NCBI GenBank assembly: GCA_965222075.1
Contig: OZ244937.1
Location: 3,392,001-3,456,000, forward strand
Direction of reading: 5' to 3'
Source: Candidatus Latescibacterota bacterium
GTDB lineage: Bacteria > Latescibacterota > UBA2968 > GCA-2709665
DNA length: 64,000 nt
Part shown: one piece after another, positions 18,311 to 28,080 of the stretch
Position numbering within the stretch: position 1 is the stretch's first letter
Layout of the letters: every line of letters starts with the position of its first letter
The notes under the pieces: generated by a model
What the model saw: the letters and a program-made list of their open reading frames with translations, nothing else
What the model was told of the DNA's origin: nothing
Databases searched by the model: none
Translations under genes and position numbers: made by a program

Positions 18311-18621
18311 GCCCAACAGCACGTTTTGCGCTGCGGCGCTTTCGCGCCTTGGCCTTCGGCAACCCCTCGACACCCTTCGACAGGCTCAGGGTTCAGACTC
18401 AGGGTGCAAGGGTGCAAGCTCAATGATGGTTCGTTGAGCTTGTCGAAACGAACGCATACTCAGGGTGCATACTCAATGATGGTTCGTTGAGCTTGTCGAA
18501 ACGAACGCATACTCAGGGTGCATACTCAATGATGGTTCGTTGAGCTTGTCGAAACGAACGCATACTCAGGGTGCAGGCTCAGCGGCCGAGCTCGGGTTCG
18601 TAAGTGGCGAGAACGTTAAGC
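18311..18621 (+). other. expanded 311-bp attC site
   Basis: GCCCAAC...GTTAAGC; arms match the reverse complement of attC 55684 and attC 63030. Confidence 0.75.
18420..18575 (+). repeat. 3 x 53 bp tandem repeat inside the attC
   Basis: TCAATGATGGTTCGTTGAGCTTGTCGAAACGAACGCATACTCAGGGTGCATAC starting at 18420, 18473 and 18526. Confidence 0.92.
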
Positions 18622-18714
18622 GACAGCGGCAGAAGTCGATGCGTTATCTCTTGTCGTGCTATTGAATACTGCATGTCCCTTTGTCAGGTATGCCATATTG
18701 GGAGCACTCTGATT

Positions 18715-19161
18715 ATGGTTGAAATCTCCGTACGACTTGCCACCGATACCGACATGGACTGGTGCAGATATACACTAACACTCGACTCCAACTACCCAAC
18801 TCATCAGCTCTCCGGTCTGAGTGAGTTGATCGTAGCTGAATTAGATGGCCAATTGGTAGGCGTGTTACACCTTGCGTATTTATGGCCAGGTCAACAAGGA
18901 GGCACCCCTTATATCAGTGGAATCATCGTGATCAAGGAATATCAACGCAGAGGTGTTGGAAAGGCTCTTTTAGGATTTCTGGAGCGTCTTTTGAAAGAAC
19001 GAGATCAGAGGGTTCTGCTAAGCTCGTGTGTTATCAACGAGCATGAACCTCAAACCTGGCATAGGCATGTGGGCTTCAAGAGCTGTGGGAATCTGGAGGG
19101 AATTCCCTTTGATGATGAATTGGGAGAGGTGTTCTTCTACAAACGACTGGATCAGCAGTAA
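18715..19161 (+). CDS. GNAT acetyltransferase (cassette gene)
   Basis: EYQRRGVGKALL; WHRHVGF. Confidence 0.88.
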   Translation: MVEISVRLATDTDMDWCRYTLTLDSNYPTHQLSGLSELIVAELDGQLVGVLHLAYLWPGQQGGTPYISGIIVIKEYQRRGVGKALLGFLERLLKERDQRVLLSSCVINEHEPQTWHRHVGFKSCGNLEGIPFDDELGEVFFYKRLDQQ

Positions 19162-19220
19162 AGTGACAGTGTGCGTCGTCCGTCTTGCCACATCGACGCC
19201 ATACCAACGAAAGGAATCAC

Positions 19221-20291
19221 ATGAAGGAATCCGATCCATTTGAAAAAGGCCTCGCAGCCGGTGAGGCAGCGGCTTCTGCCGCCGGAGGCGCATCACAAAC
19301 ATCGGCGAACGGCGGGCGTATGTATGCGCGCACACAGAGTTTTGGGTCAACCGATGCCGAGTTGCGCTTTTTGCAGCGCTGTGGCGTGCGCCACAAGGCC
19401 GCCACCTTTCCGTTCCACCCCGACCGCGGCTGGGATCTCGACGAGTTGGTCCGGGAAAGAGAGCGCCACGAAGCCTTCGGGCTGACACTGGATATGAGCG
19501 CGCTACCCATATATGAGAGATTTCCCAACATCATCTATTTTGGCAAGAGCCCGGAGCGTGACCGGGAAATCGACCTCGTATGCGAAATGATCCGGACCGC
19601 TTCGCGCGCCGGCATCGATTCTCTGCGCTACAACACTTGCGTCCTGTCCATCGACCGTACGGAACCGGAAGAAGGTCGCGGCGGCTACTACCACACTGCG
19701 TTCCGCCTGGACAAAATTCCGGCAGAAGAACAGGCCAGGCTGACTGAGGCCGGGCGAGTCACGGCAGACATGCGCTGGGAACGAATTGAGTATCTGCTCG
19801 AACGCATGATTCCGGTGGCAGAAGAATTCAAGGTTCGAATGGGCAATTCCCAGGAAGACCCTGCCACACCCCCCGGTTATAGGGGCGTCGACAAAGTCCT
19901 CAATGACTTTGAGGGCATGAAGCGTTTCATCGAGATTCAGCGCAGTCCGTATCACGGCTGGAACTTCTGCGTCGGCTCCATCGCTGAAGGGCTCGAAGAT
20001 CCCGCCAATGAAATCTACCCCTTCATAGAATACTTTGGCAATCGCAATACCATCTTCCTGGTTCACTATCGTAACCTCCTCGGGGGGCGCTACAGCTTCC
20101 GCGAGACTCTGCCCGATGAAGGAGATATGGACTTCCACCGGGTATTAAAGGCACTCAAGGACACAGGCTACTGTTACGGCATCGATCCTGACCATGTCCC
20201 GCGCACCGACGACGATCCGAAGGGCTACTATCAGTCCTATGCTTACTGCTTCGGCTACATCAATGCCATGATCCAGGCGGTCTACGCTTAA
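19221..20291 (+). CDS. uxuA: mannonate dehydratase-like protein (UxuA family)
   Basis: RDREID, YLLERMIPVAEEFKVR, FCVGS, VHYRN, F.E..PDEGDMD, PDHVP. Confidence 0.8.
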   Translation: MKESDPFEKGLAAGEAAASAAGGASQTSANGGRMYARTQSFGSTDAELRFLQRCGVRHKAATFPFHPDRGWDLDELVRERERHEAFGLTLDMSALPIYERFPNIIYFGKSPERDREIDLVCEMIRTASRAGIDSLRYNTCVLSIDRTEPEEGRGGYYHTAFRLDKIPAEEQARLTEAGRVTADMRWERIEYLLERMIPVAEEFKVRMGNSQEDPATPPGYRGVDKVLNDFEGMKRFIEIQRSPYHGWNFCVGSIAEGLEDPANEIYPFIEYFGNRNTIFLVHYRNLLGGRYSFRETLPDEGDMDFHRVLKALKDTGYCYGIDPDHVPRTDDDPKGYYQSYAYCFGYINAMIQAVYA

Positions 20292-20344
20292 TCCATACGC
20301 AGGAGGTAATGGTTCGGATATGAAGAACCCCACTTCACATGTCA

Positions 20345-20434
20345 TCACGCTACACGCTGTTGTTCGTCAGCGGCCTCGCTCAACCCGATTATCTGGTCGA
20401 GATTGAAGCCGTAGCATTCCTCCCATTCTCGTAG
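20345..20434 (+). pseudogene. RidA family C-terminal fragment
   Basis: VSGLAQPDYLVEIEAVA. Confidence 0.6.
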
Positions 20435-20459
20435 AAGCCCGGTCCGGGCTTCTACGAGG
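20428..20459. repeat. perfect palindrome (REP-like or terminator-like)
   Basis: CTCGTAGAAGCCCGG-T-CCGGGCTTCTACGAG. Confidence 0.65.
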
Positions 20460-20513
20460 CGCCCAAAGATCATGGAATTCATAAGCGATTAAAGGGATTG
20501 GTGGATTAAGGAT

Positions 20514-21461
20514 ATGGGCACTTTAGCGATTGCTCCCTGGAAAGACGGAGATATGCAACCGGTGATGGATCTCTGGCAGCGGGTGTTTGCAGACCGGAAA
20601 TATGATTTCCGGATGGATGAAGCGGGGTTTCGGCAACGGGTGCTGGCACATCCGGATTTTGACCCGGAGGGGGCGCTGATTGCAAGGGTGGAAGGCAGGG
20701 TTGTGGGGTTTGTTCTGGCGGTGGCGCCCGGGCGTGGAGAGACGGGCTATCTGAGTGTGCTGATGGTGGATACGGATTTTCGGCAAAAAGGGGTTGGGGG
20801 TATGCTCATGGATGCCGCGGAGGGATTTCTGGCAGGTTGCGGAAATACGGAGATTCGGATCGGTTACAAAGGTAATCCGGTCTCATTTGCAACTGGTGTC
20901 GATGTGAAGACGCCGGCCTATACATTCTTCTTGAATCGGGGGTTCCGCAACCGCGGGTCGGTGAGTCTGTTTATGGAAACGACGTTTGCCGAGTTTAAAC
21001 TTCGGGAGGAGATAGAAGGTTTTATTGAAAATAACCGATCTCGAGGCATCCTGTTCGGGCTGTGCGAAGCAGGACATCGGGAGGCGTTATGTGCGTTTAT
21101 GGAGGCTTTGTTCCCGGGTGGTTGGGAGGCTTCTGTAAAAGGATGTTTGGATGGAGGCCCGCCATATCCCGTGATAATTGCGACGGACGGACCGGCGGTG
21201 GTGGGTTTTGCCGGGCCGATCCGGGTGGGCGCGGATGGTAGCGGCGGTTTTACGGGGATCGGGACACATCCGGATTACCGACGGGGCAAGATCGGAACCG
21301 TGCTGTTCAATCTGATGTGTGCGGAGTTCAAAAAACGGGGTATGGTACGCAATACGCTCCATACGGGACTGAATAATCCGGCGCAGGAGATCTATTTCGG
21401 CGCAGGATACAGGGTGCGACATCTGGTGGATTATCACCTGGTGAAACGGTTGGGGAAATAA
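20514..21461 (+). CDS. tandem GNAT acetyltransferase
   Basis: two motif A copies (FRQKGVGG; YRRGKIGTVLF). Confidence 0.9.
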   Translation: MGTLAIAPWKDGDMQPVMDLWQRVFADRKYDFRMDEAGFRQRVLAHPDFDPEGALIARVEGRVVGFVLAVAPGRGETGYLSVLMVDTDFRQKGVGGMLMDAAEGFLAGCGNTEIRIGYKGNPVSFATGVDVKTPAYTFFLNRGFRNRGSVSLFMETTFAEFKLREEIEGFIENNRSRGILFGLCEAGHREALCAFMEALFPGGWEASVKGCLDGGPPYPVIIATDGPAVVGFAGPIRVGADGSGGFTGIGTHPDYRRGKIGTVLFNLMCAEFKKRGMVRNTLHTGLNNPAQEIYFGAGYRVRHLVDYHLVKRLGK

Positions 21462-21550
21462 GGTTTCACACAGAGGTGTTGTTTTGGTTGAGACATTGGA
21501 GGATATAAGCGTTCTGCCTTCTGGGGCGCTTTTTCGACGTAAATCCTTAT

Positions 21551-21604
21551 TAGCCGTCGCCTGTCGGCTCGGCTTCTGCGACTCCCCCTCCAGGGGGGAG
21601 TGAT
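21551..21604 (-). repeat. repeat family A, copy without the insert
   Basis: reverse-complement match to 13077-13150 lacking the ~21 bp insert. Confidence 0.75.
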
Positions 21605-21626
21605 TGGACCGTCGAAGGGGGCCCTA

Positions 21627-21659
21627 CCTGCCTGCCGCGCGGGGCCTGGCGCAGGCAGG
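21627..21659. repeat. CCTGCCTG...CAGGCAGG palindromic micro-element
   Basis: 33 bp with the same termini as 13284-13316; flanked by A and T. Confidence 0.75.
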
Positions 21660-21814
21660 TCTGGCTGGCATGGACGGCAGCATCGCCGACCTCCTGAGTG
21701 ATTCCGTGTGATTCTGCGACGTTTTTCCTTATGTGGACTTCTGAAACTGAGCAATAGTAGATTTCTTACCGCGCACGGCAACGGGAAACTGTCCGAACCC
21801 CATCGAGAATTGAA

Positions 21815-22966
21815 ATGACCAGGGATGTGTTAATCGTCGGTATCGTTTTGCTATTTGGGCTTCCGGCGGGCGCGGTATCAAAGCCAGGGATTCATCCGGC
21901 CCTGGCGGCATTCATAGCCGGTCAATACGCCGAGGCCGAGAGCAACCTTCAGAAAATGCTGCGGCAGGCGGAGACCGACCGGGCACAAATATACTATCTG
22001 CTGGGCCGTATCAATGCCTGGGAGTGGGATATCAAGGCGGCATTCGATTGGTTTGAGAAGGCCGTTGAGGCCGATCCCGCAAATGCCGACTACCGATATC
22101 GGTTGGGAATGATGTATGGCGCCAAAGCACAAGGTGCCATTATTTTCAGGAAACCGGGATACGCCCGGCGCGCGCGCAAGGCGTTTGAGAACGCGGTCCG
22201 GTTGAACCCCGGTCACCTCGCCGCGCGAACCAAGCTGGTGGAGTACCACCTGTACGCGCCGGGGATTCTGAGTGGCAACAAGAAGAAAGCCCGTGAACAG
22301 GCCGACGAGATCAAGTCTCGCAATCCGACGGAAGGCCATCTCGTGTGGGGCCTGATCCATGCCAGGGAAAAGGCGCAGGATAGCGTTGAAATCGCCTATC
22401 TTGCGGCGGTCGAGTCCGCGTCCGACGACCCGCGTCCGGTTCTCTGGCTGGCGTCTCTCTACGGCCGGACCGAACGGCGTCTCGAGGCAATTCAGGTCTT
22501 AGAGACCTATCTACAGTCCTTTCCCGATGAGGGCGTGGTCCTGCGTAAATTGAGCGCCCTTTATCGTCAGGAGAAAGCGTATGAAAAAGCATCTGAAGCC
22601 GCCCAGCGGAGCCTGAAAGTGGCCATAGATTCTCTTTCAACTCTGAAGGCCGACTCAAACGCATCCGTTCAGTCCTTCGAGAACGCGCTGACCATCCATT
22701 CCAACCGGATCAATGCCCTCTATGAAATCGGTAGATTTTCCGCCACGACCGGGATGAACTTAGATCGGGGTCTTGAGTCGTTGAACGCCTTTCTCAGCCT
22801 GGTTCCGGAGCGGTGGCGTGCGCATAGGGCACGGGGGTACTACAGGCTTGGTGGCATCTATGTCCATCTCGGGGATCGAGACCTGGCACGCAATGCCTAC
22901 AGAAAGGTTCTGCACTTGAACAAGAAGCATAAAGGCGCGCAAAAAGCGCTCAAGGACCTGGAGTAA
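21815..22966 (+). CDS. exported tetratricopeptide repeat protein
   Basis: N-terminal signal peptide; repeated TPR helices (YYLLG, YRLG, AYRKVL). Confidence 0.88.
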   Translation: MTRDVLIVGIVLLFGLPAGAVSKPGIHPALAAFIAGQYAEAESNLQKMLRQAETDRAQIYYLLGRINAWEWDIKAAFDWFEKAVEADPANADYRYRLGMMYGAKAQGAIIFRKPGYARRARKAFENAVRLNPGHLAARTKLVEYHLYAPGILSGNKKKAREQADEIKSRNPTEGHLVWGLIHAREKAQDSVEIAYLAAVESASDDPRPVLWLASLYGRTERRLEAIQVLETYLQSFPDEGVVLRKLSALYRQEKAYEKASEAAQRSLKVAIDSLSTLKADSNASVQSFENALTIHSNRINALYEIGRFSATTGMNLDRGLESLNAFLSLVPERWRAHRARGYYRLGGIYVHLGDRDLARNAYRKVLHLNKKHKGAQKALKDLE

Positions 22967-23039
22967 GCTTTGAAGCTGGCCGGTGCATAGCGGGCAAATC
23001 AGAAGCGCGTTTCCACGATACCGGACGCGCAGAAGTCGA

Positions 23040-23090
23040 ACTTCCCTGGTAACTTCCCTGGTAACTTCCCCGGTAACTTCCCCGGTGACG
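23040..23090 (-). repeat. 4 x 12 bp tandem repeat encoding T(G/R)EV, a remnant linker
   Basis: AACTTCCCYGGT units; TGEV repeats are typical linkers of Fic/wHTH proteins. Confidence 0.7.
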
Positions 23091-23093
23091 GGC

Positions 23094-23536
23094 TCTACCA
23101 CCGGTTGCCCGACGGACATCCGAAACTGTTCTTCAAGGGAGGGACATCGCTTTCCAAAGCCTTCGGTCTCATTCGACGGTTCTCGGAAGATATCGATCTC
23201 GTCGTCCATCGCGACGACCTGGGGTTCGCAGGTGACCGCGACCCGACCGTTGCGGGCCATCTGTCGAACAAGAAGCGGGCCGACCTGCTCCGCAGGTTGG
23301 GTATCGAAGCCGTGCCCCATGGATTTCGATCCAGCTTCGATGGTTGGGCGTCCGAGAGAACCGATGCATCTCGCGAAGTCATTGACCTGGCGCTCGCCCA
23401 CGTAGAAGCAAACAAGAAGCGGGCCGCCTACGCCCGTTCGGATCTGTTCGAGCGGCGGCGGCGGTTGATGGAGCAGTGGGCGGAGTTTTTGGCCAGCGCG
23501 AGTTGCGAATCGAAGGTCGCGCCGACCCACCGATGA
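23094..23536 (+). pseudogene. chimeric remnant: AbiEii-like nucleotidyltransferase N-terminus fused to a P4-type integrase C-terminus
   Basis: FKGGTSLSKAFGLIRRFSEDIDL followed by HGFRSSF...ALAH...AYARSDLFERRRRLMEQWAEFL. Confidence 0.85.
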
Positions 23537-23759
23537 ATCCAATTGTCCCATAGACTGGCCGGGGACACGGAAGAGTTTCCGCGGCTCGGCGCAGCTCTAC
23601 CGCCGCCAAAGCGTCGCCGAACGCCCCAACGAGGATACTGATCCTCCCACTCCCGGACGGCGTTAGACTGTCCGTTGATTCGGGAAAGCTGTGTGACAAC
23701 CCGGCTCCGGCTGTCAGGGCATACTGTCCAATGACCTTTTGAGTTGTACACTTCACGCT

Positions 23760-24434
23760 ATGAGTCACTCCGTCCGTAGCCATCTTCGCCTTGAGATCGA
23801 TGCCTACGACGAAGCCATCCGACGGTTCATCCCGGGCTACGAGGAAGGATTGGCCCGGGCTGCCCGTGAAATCGCTGCTGTCCGCCCCACCCTGGTGCTG
23901 GACCTCGGCGCGGGAACGGGGGCACTTTCCAAGGCGATGCTGGAACATGAAGGCGTGGGTGCCGTTGAAGCGATCGACGTGGATGCGGAGATGCTAGACC
24001 GGGCGCGCATCCGGCTAGAGCGATTCGGAGCTCGCGCGCGTTTACGTGAGTGTTCCTTCGATGCTCCGCTCCCGGAATGTGACGCCGTGGCAGCTTCCTT
24101 GGCCCTGCATCACGTGCCCGAGATGGAGCGCAAGCGTGCATTGTACAAGCGCATTTTTCAGGCGCTCCGTCCCGGCGGGCTGTTCGTGAACGCTGACCTG
24201 ACCATGAGCGCCGACCCAATGGTTCGGGAGCAATGCTACCGCATATGGGCCGCCCATTTGGTTTCCTGCGGCATCGAGGAATGGCGTGCCTATGAGCACT
24301 TCGACAAGTGGGCGGACGAAGACACCTACTTCCCGCTCGACGACGAACTTGCCGCCTTGCGCGAAGCTGGGTTTCACGCCGAATGCGCGTGGCGAGACCA
24401 ACCGAACACCCTCCTTGTAGGAAGCAAGGAATAA
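23760..24434 (+). CDS. class I SAM-dependent methyltransferase
   Basis: VLDLGAGTG, SLALHH, ALRPGGLFVNAD. Confidence 0.92.
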   Translation: MSHSVRSHLRLEIDAYDEAIRRFIPGYEEGLARAAREIAAVRPTLVLDLGAGTGALSKAMLEHEGVGAVEAIDVDAEMLDRARIRLERFGARARLRECSFDAPLPECDAVAASLALHHVPEMERKRALYKRIFQALRPGGLFVNADLTMSADPMVREQCYRIWAAHLVSCGIEEWRAYEHFDKWADEDTYFPLDDELAALREAGFHAECAWRDQPNTLLVGSKE

Positions 24435-25320
24435 GGTTTCAGCGTACGAGCCAGCGTCATCGGTTCGAGAGCCTTCCCGTAGGGATGAATTAGACGGGAG
24501 TGACCCCCCGCGGGCGTGCAGGGTGCGTGTGAAAACCCGCCCCATGCCACGCCCGCACTAGTGCATCGCGGTGTAAATCTTTACACATGACAGCACTGCG
24601 GCTAATCTACTTGAGTCCCACGTTTTGGCGGAACTACATGGCGATCAGGGAAATGGGTAATAACTTTCGCCACGATGCACTAGCAGCCTGTTCCACACGC
24701 CTAAGGCGTGTTGGTTCGGAATGCTCATGCTCTTCAAGACTGTTGAAGAATCCTACGCGGTGCCTCCATCACCCGGAGTTGCCACTTTTTCATCTGATCA
24801 TCGACGTACATTTGTGTGGTCTCAATATCCATGTCCGATTGGAGTTTCTCAAGGTGCTCTCGCATATATTCAACGGATCTCATATTGGATCTCTTTAGCC
24901 TAAAGACAGTGCTGCCGGATAGCAACATCGGCCCGCACGGTCCTCTTGGATAAACTCAGCCGAATCTCCAGACAGTATCTCGTCCCCGAATATTTCAGTC
25001 TGGAGCGCCGCAAACCGGTCTATGGCTTCGCACTCTCCACTCCCTGAGCCCCGTTTTTGGCCAGTTCCTTGTCGATGGCGGTCTGGCAGTACTGGCGCAC
25101 GCTTATGCCCTTGAGCGCAACGACCGACATTCTGCCCACCTACCTTCGCGTCCTGTGAATCCAGTTCCGCTTTCTTCTCAACGAGCCGTTTCACGAGCAA
25201 TGGGAGCGGCACCCGTTTGCCATTTTCCAGTTGGATCACGGTGCTGGGCTTAGGCTACCTTTGAAACGTCGTCCAACCGCAATGCGGAACTCGGTCTTGT
25301 TTGATCTCGATTTCTGCCAC

Positions 25321-25460
25321 TTATTGCGATTCCTGGATTTGCCTCAGGTATTCGCACCCCGCCGACGTCAGACGATAGCGCTGGTTCCTGCTGCGTGGTT
25401 TGTCCGGGATGGTCATTTCGATCAGACGAGCCTGAAGAGCGGGCAATAGATACGCCTTGC
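25321..25460 (-). pseudogene. Fic-associated winged-helix C-terminal fragment
   Basis: HFRKAYLLPAL...IEMTIPDKPRSRNQRYRLT. Confidence 0.7.
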
Positions 25461-25464
25461 GAAA

Positions 25465-25670
25465 GTGGTCCTCGTGCTCGACGCGCTCTACCACCGGCTG
25501 CCCGACGGGCATCCGGGATTGCTCTTCAAGGGCGGAACGTCCCTCTCCAGGGCCATCGGGCTCATCAACGGCCCTCAGAAGGCATTGCACCGACCACCTC
25601 CACCAGTTCCGCCACGACTTCCACCTCACCCTCGTCGTCGTGCGTCAGGACGATGGGCTCGAACTCGGGG
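25465..25670 (+). pseudogene. AbiEii-like nucleotidyltransferase fragment (further copy)
   Basis: VLDALYHRLPDGHPGLLFKGGTSLSRAIGLI. Confidence 0.75.
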
Positions 25671-25672
25671 TC

Positions 25673-25762
25673 GAAGCCGTCTCCGGCAACGGAGGCGTAA
25701 CCATTCGCCAGAAGATGCGCTTCAATGACGGTCTCAAAGGCGGCCTCGTTGGTCCAGTTCAT
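25673..25762 (-). pseudogene. hsdR: type I restriction subunit R, N-terminal fragment
   Basis: MNWTNEAAFETVIEAHLLANGY; last position of the R-M operon. Confidence 0.7.
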
Positions 25763-26010
25763 GGAGCGTCCTCGGACTTCCAGCCTGGGACATTCGCGAC
25801 CATAAAAGTACCCATGTCAGTCAATACAGCGTACGCAACCTGTTCAGCAACGCCCTGGCGTGTGGACAGGTGGCTTCGACGCAGGCAGGTCGCCGAGTCC
25901 AGCACGATCGAAGAAAGTCTTCCATCCCTGGCGAAAACGAAGGACAACGCCTTCGCACGATGACTGCGTTTGTCACCACCGCCTTCGATGTACAGCTTGG
26001 CGGTTACCAT
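25759..26010 (-). pseudogene. DUF4276/TOPRIM-like partner of the ATPase, internally deleted
   Basis: KLYIEGGGD N-terminus; overlaps the ATPase stop. Confidence 0.6.
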
Positions 26011-27302
26011 CGATTTCCGCCCAGTTCTCCCGATGTCCAGAGATCGCCGAGGGTGTAGTCTTTCAACCACTTCGCCAGCCGATCCTTGTCGAGACGGCGC
26101 ATCTCGGTCTGCCCGTCGCGCTGTTCGCAGACGACGACGCTCTCCGGGTGATCGGTCAACGCATCGACAAGCACGTCCGAGTGGGTCGTAACAACCAGTT
26201 GACTCCGCGCGGACGCTTCGACCAACAAATCGCTCAACGCAGGCAGCAGATCCGGGTGCAGCCCCAACTCCGGCTCCTCAATACAGACGAGGGACGGCGG
26301 TTCGGGATGCAACAAGATCGCCAACAGGCTCAGGTAGCGAAGCGTCCCGTCCGAAAGGCGGCTTGCCGGAATCTGGCGGCCGCCCCGCTCCTCGAGGAAA
26401 AGCGCAACGCCCCCGCCTGCCGCCACCGGACAGTTGATGTCCACGATACCGTCATAGAGCGCCTGCAACGCCGCGACGAGCTTCCTTTTTTCGTCCCCCA
26501 GGAACTGTGACAACACGAGCGCCAAGTTTGTCCCGCCTTCGACCAGAAAGTCGGTGCGGTCGTGAGCGCTCGGGTTGCGACGCAATGCCGCCGAAGGACC
26601 GAATGCCCAATCCCGGAACAGACGAATGTCCTGGTAACCTTCCTGCAGACAGTTCAGCGCGGGATAGCGTTGCGCGTCGCGGACCTCCGACAGCACGGAT
26701 CGTCCGGGATTGGACCTCGGTTGGGAGACACTTGTTCTGAGCGTATCAGACACCGTGACGTTGTCCGAGGAGCTGACTTCCAGGTTTGAATCCGTGCGGG
26801 CGCCCGGGTCTTCCTGCGACGCCTCATCCGCGTCCCGGCAAGTGGGTGCCAAGGCTCGATCCGCTCCTGCTTCCGGCATGGATGGGCCGTCGAAAACGTG
26901 GTTTTCTCCACAAAGATGGTAGGAGACGCCGGGACCCTGCTGCGAAGAATTTCCTTCAAGGTATTCGATCCTTTCGTCGATTACTCTGAAGTGTTCTCCG
27001 TAATTGGCGAAAACCATCTGATGACGAACCGAAAGTCCGTCCTTTGGATCGTGAACAATGGCCTCTACACCCGCTTCGCCCGGCGTCCCTTCGCCCTTCC
27101 AGAGCCACGCCCACACGCCGTCTCTCCGAATCGCTTCGTCGAGTTCACGTGGCGCATGTTGGAGTAGCGCGAGCACTTCCAGCAAGTTGGACTTTCCGGA
27201 ACCGTTCGGACCGATGAGGACGTTCAGGGGCTCCATCGGCAGATTGACCCCGTTTGGCCCAAACGACAATAACCCCGAAATCTTCAGTTTATGAATCAGC
27301 AT
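26004..27302 (-). CDS. AAA_21/ABC-type ATPase (defence-associated type)
   Basis: GPNGSGKSN, LSDGTLR, IEEPELGLHP, TTHS, LGDLWTSGELGG. Confidence 0.9.
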   Translation of the reverse strand: MLIHKLKISGLLSFGPNGVNLPMEPLNVLIGPNGSGKSNLLEVLALLQHAPRELDEAIRRDGVWAWLWKGEGTPGEAGVEAIVHDPKDGLSVRHQMVFANYGEHFRVIDERIEYLEGNSSQQGPGVSYHLCGENHVFDGPSMPEAGADRALAPTCRDADEASQEDPGARTDSNLEVSSSDNVTVSDTLRTSVSQPRSNPGRSVLSEVRDAQRYPALNCLQEGYQDIRLFRDWAFGPSAALRRNPSAHDRTDFLVEGGTNLALVLSQFLGDEKRKLVAALQALYDGIVDINCPVAAGGGVALFLEERGGRQIPASRLSDGTLRYLSLLAILLHPEPPSLVCIEEPELGLHPDLLPALSDLLVEASARSQLVVTTHSDVLVDALTDHPESVVVCEQRDGQTEMRRLDKDRLAKWLKDYTLGDLWTSGELGGNRW

Positions 27303-27312
27303 TCCGGCTCCT

Positions 27313-27594
27313 CAATTGAAGAAGTCCTTCCTCAACTTTGTTCGTCACCTCTGTTTACGGCGTGATCTTCGCAATCACCACATCGCCATCGAAGAACTGC
27401 GAGTAACCCGCCTTGAGATTCTCAATTGGACGAATCGCGGACAGATCAAGCTGTCCTTGCTCCCCGATGGCCTCCATCGGCAAGAAAGACGCCTCAGAGA
27501 CGTGAGCCAGCCGTGCGCGTCTGCTGTCGGAAGAATTTCGCGACGTGAGATAACGAAGGCGTTTGATCGGCCACTGTTTGGATAAGGCGGTCAT
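27313..27594 (-). pseudogene. hsdS: type I R-M specificity subunit, internally deleted
   Basis: W..KRLRY, SFLPME, YSQFFDGDVVIAKITP then a stop. Confidence 0.8.
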
Positions 27595-27702
27595 TCCGTC
27601 ATCTCCTGCAGCAGCACAAACCTCTTACGCTTTTTCATATACCCATCAACCGGAGATCAGGTGTCGTCGAGACCGCTGGTTGTATGCTTCGTTCGTACGC
27701 CA

Positions 27703-28080
27703 TCAGGCAGGGTCCATACGATACTGCCAGCCACGAAGCATCGCCGCACGCGTCAAGTATTTCGCCTTCGTCTTGATTTCCGCGTTAGAATAGTCGCTGA
27801 AGTCAATCACGACATGCTCCGGAAACGGTTCAGGATCAGGCGTTACAGGCAACTCCTGTTGTCGGCACTCTACTACGGTTAAGGCTATGACACCAGCCGA
27901 TGTCAGTTTCAACCGTTGGGTGTAGTGGCGATAGGCCTCCTGAGCCGTCATCTGATCTCCGTCGTAGACGGACAGTTTCTTTTGGTCCTTTGCCGTCGGC
28001 TTGAACGCCTGGGAGGTGACTCTTCCTTCGCGAATCCAGTGTGGGTTAACTTGTCGGAGAAGCAGGGTGTCGGAGGTCAT
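27703..28080 (-). CDS. hypothetical 125-aa protein, possible ART/RES-like toxin fold
   Basis: ATGA overlap with upstream gene; LLR, SQAFKP, KLSVYD, H..IDF pattern. Confidence 0.75.
   Translation of the reverse strand: MTSDTLLLRQVNPHWIREGRVTSQAFKPTAKDQKKLSVYDGDQMTAQEAYRHYTQRLKLTSAGVIALTVVECRQQELPVTPDPEPFPEHVVIDFSDYSNAEIKTKAKYLTRAAMLRGWQYRMDPA

Noticed and set aside
18420-18575. Possible CRISPR array
   Set aside because: The 53-bp units are head-to-tail identical with no unique spacers, sit inside an attC, and no cas genes are present
24587-25239. Short ORFs and possible IS ends
   Set aside because: No motif or end pair I can support; probably debris
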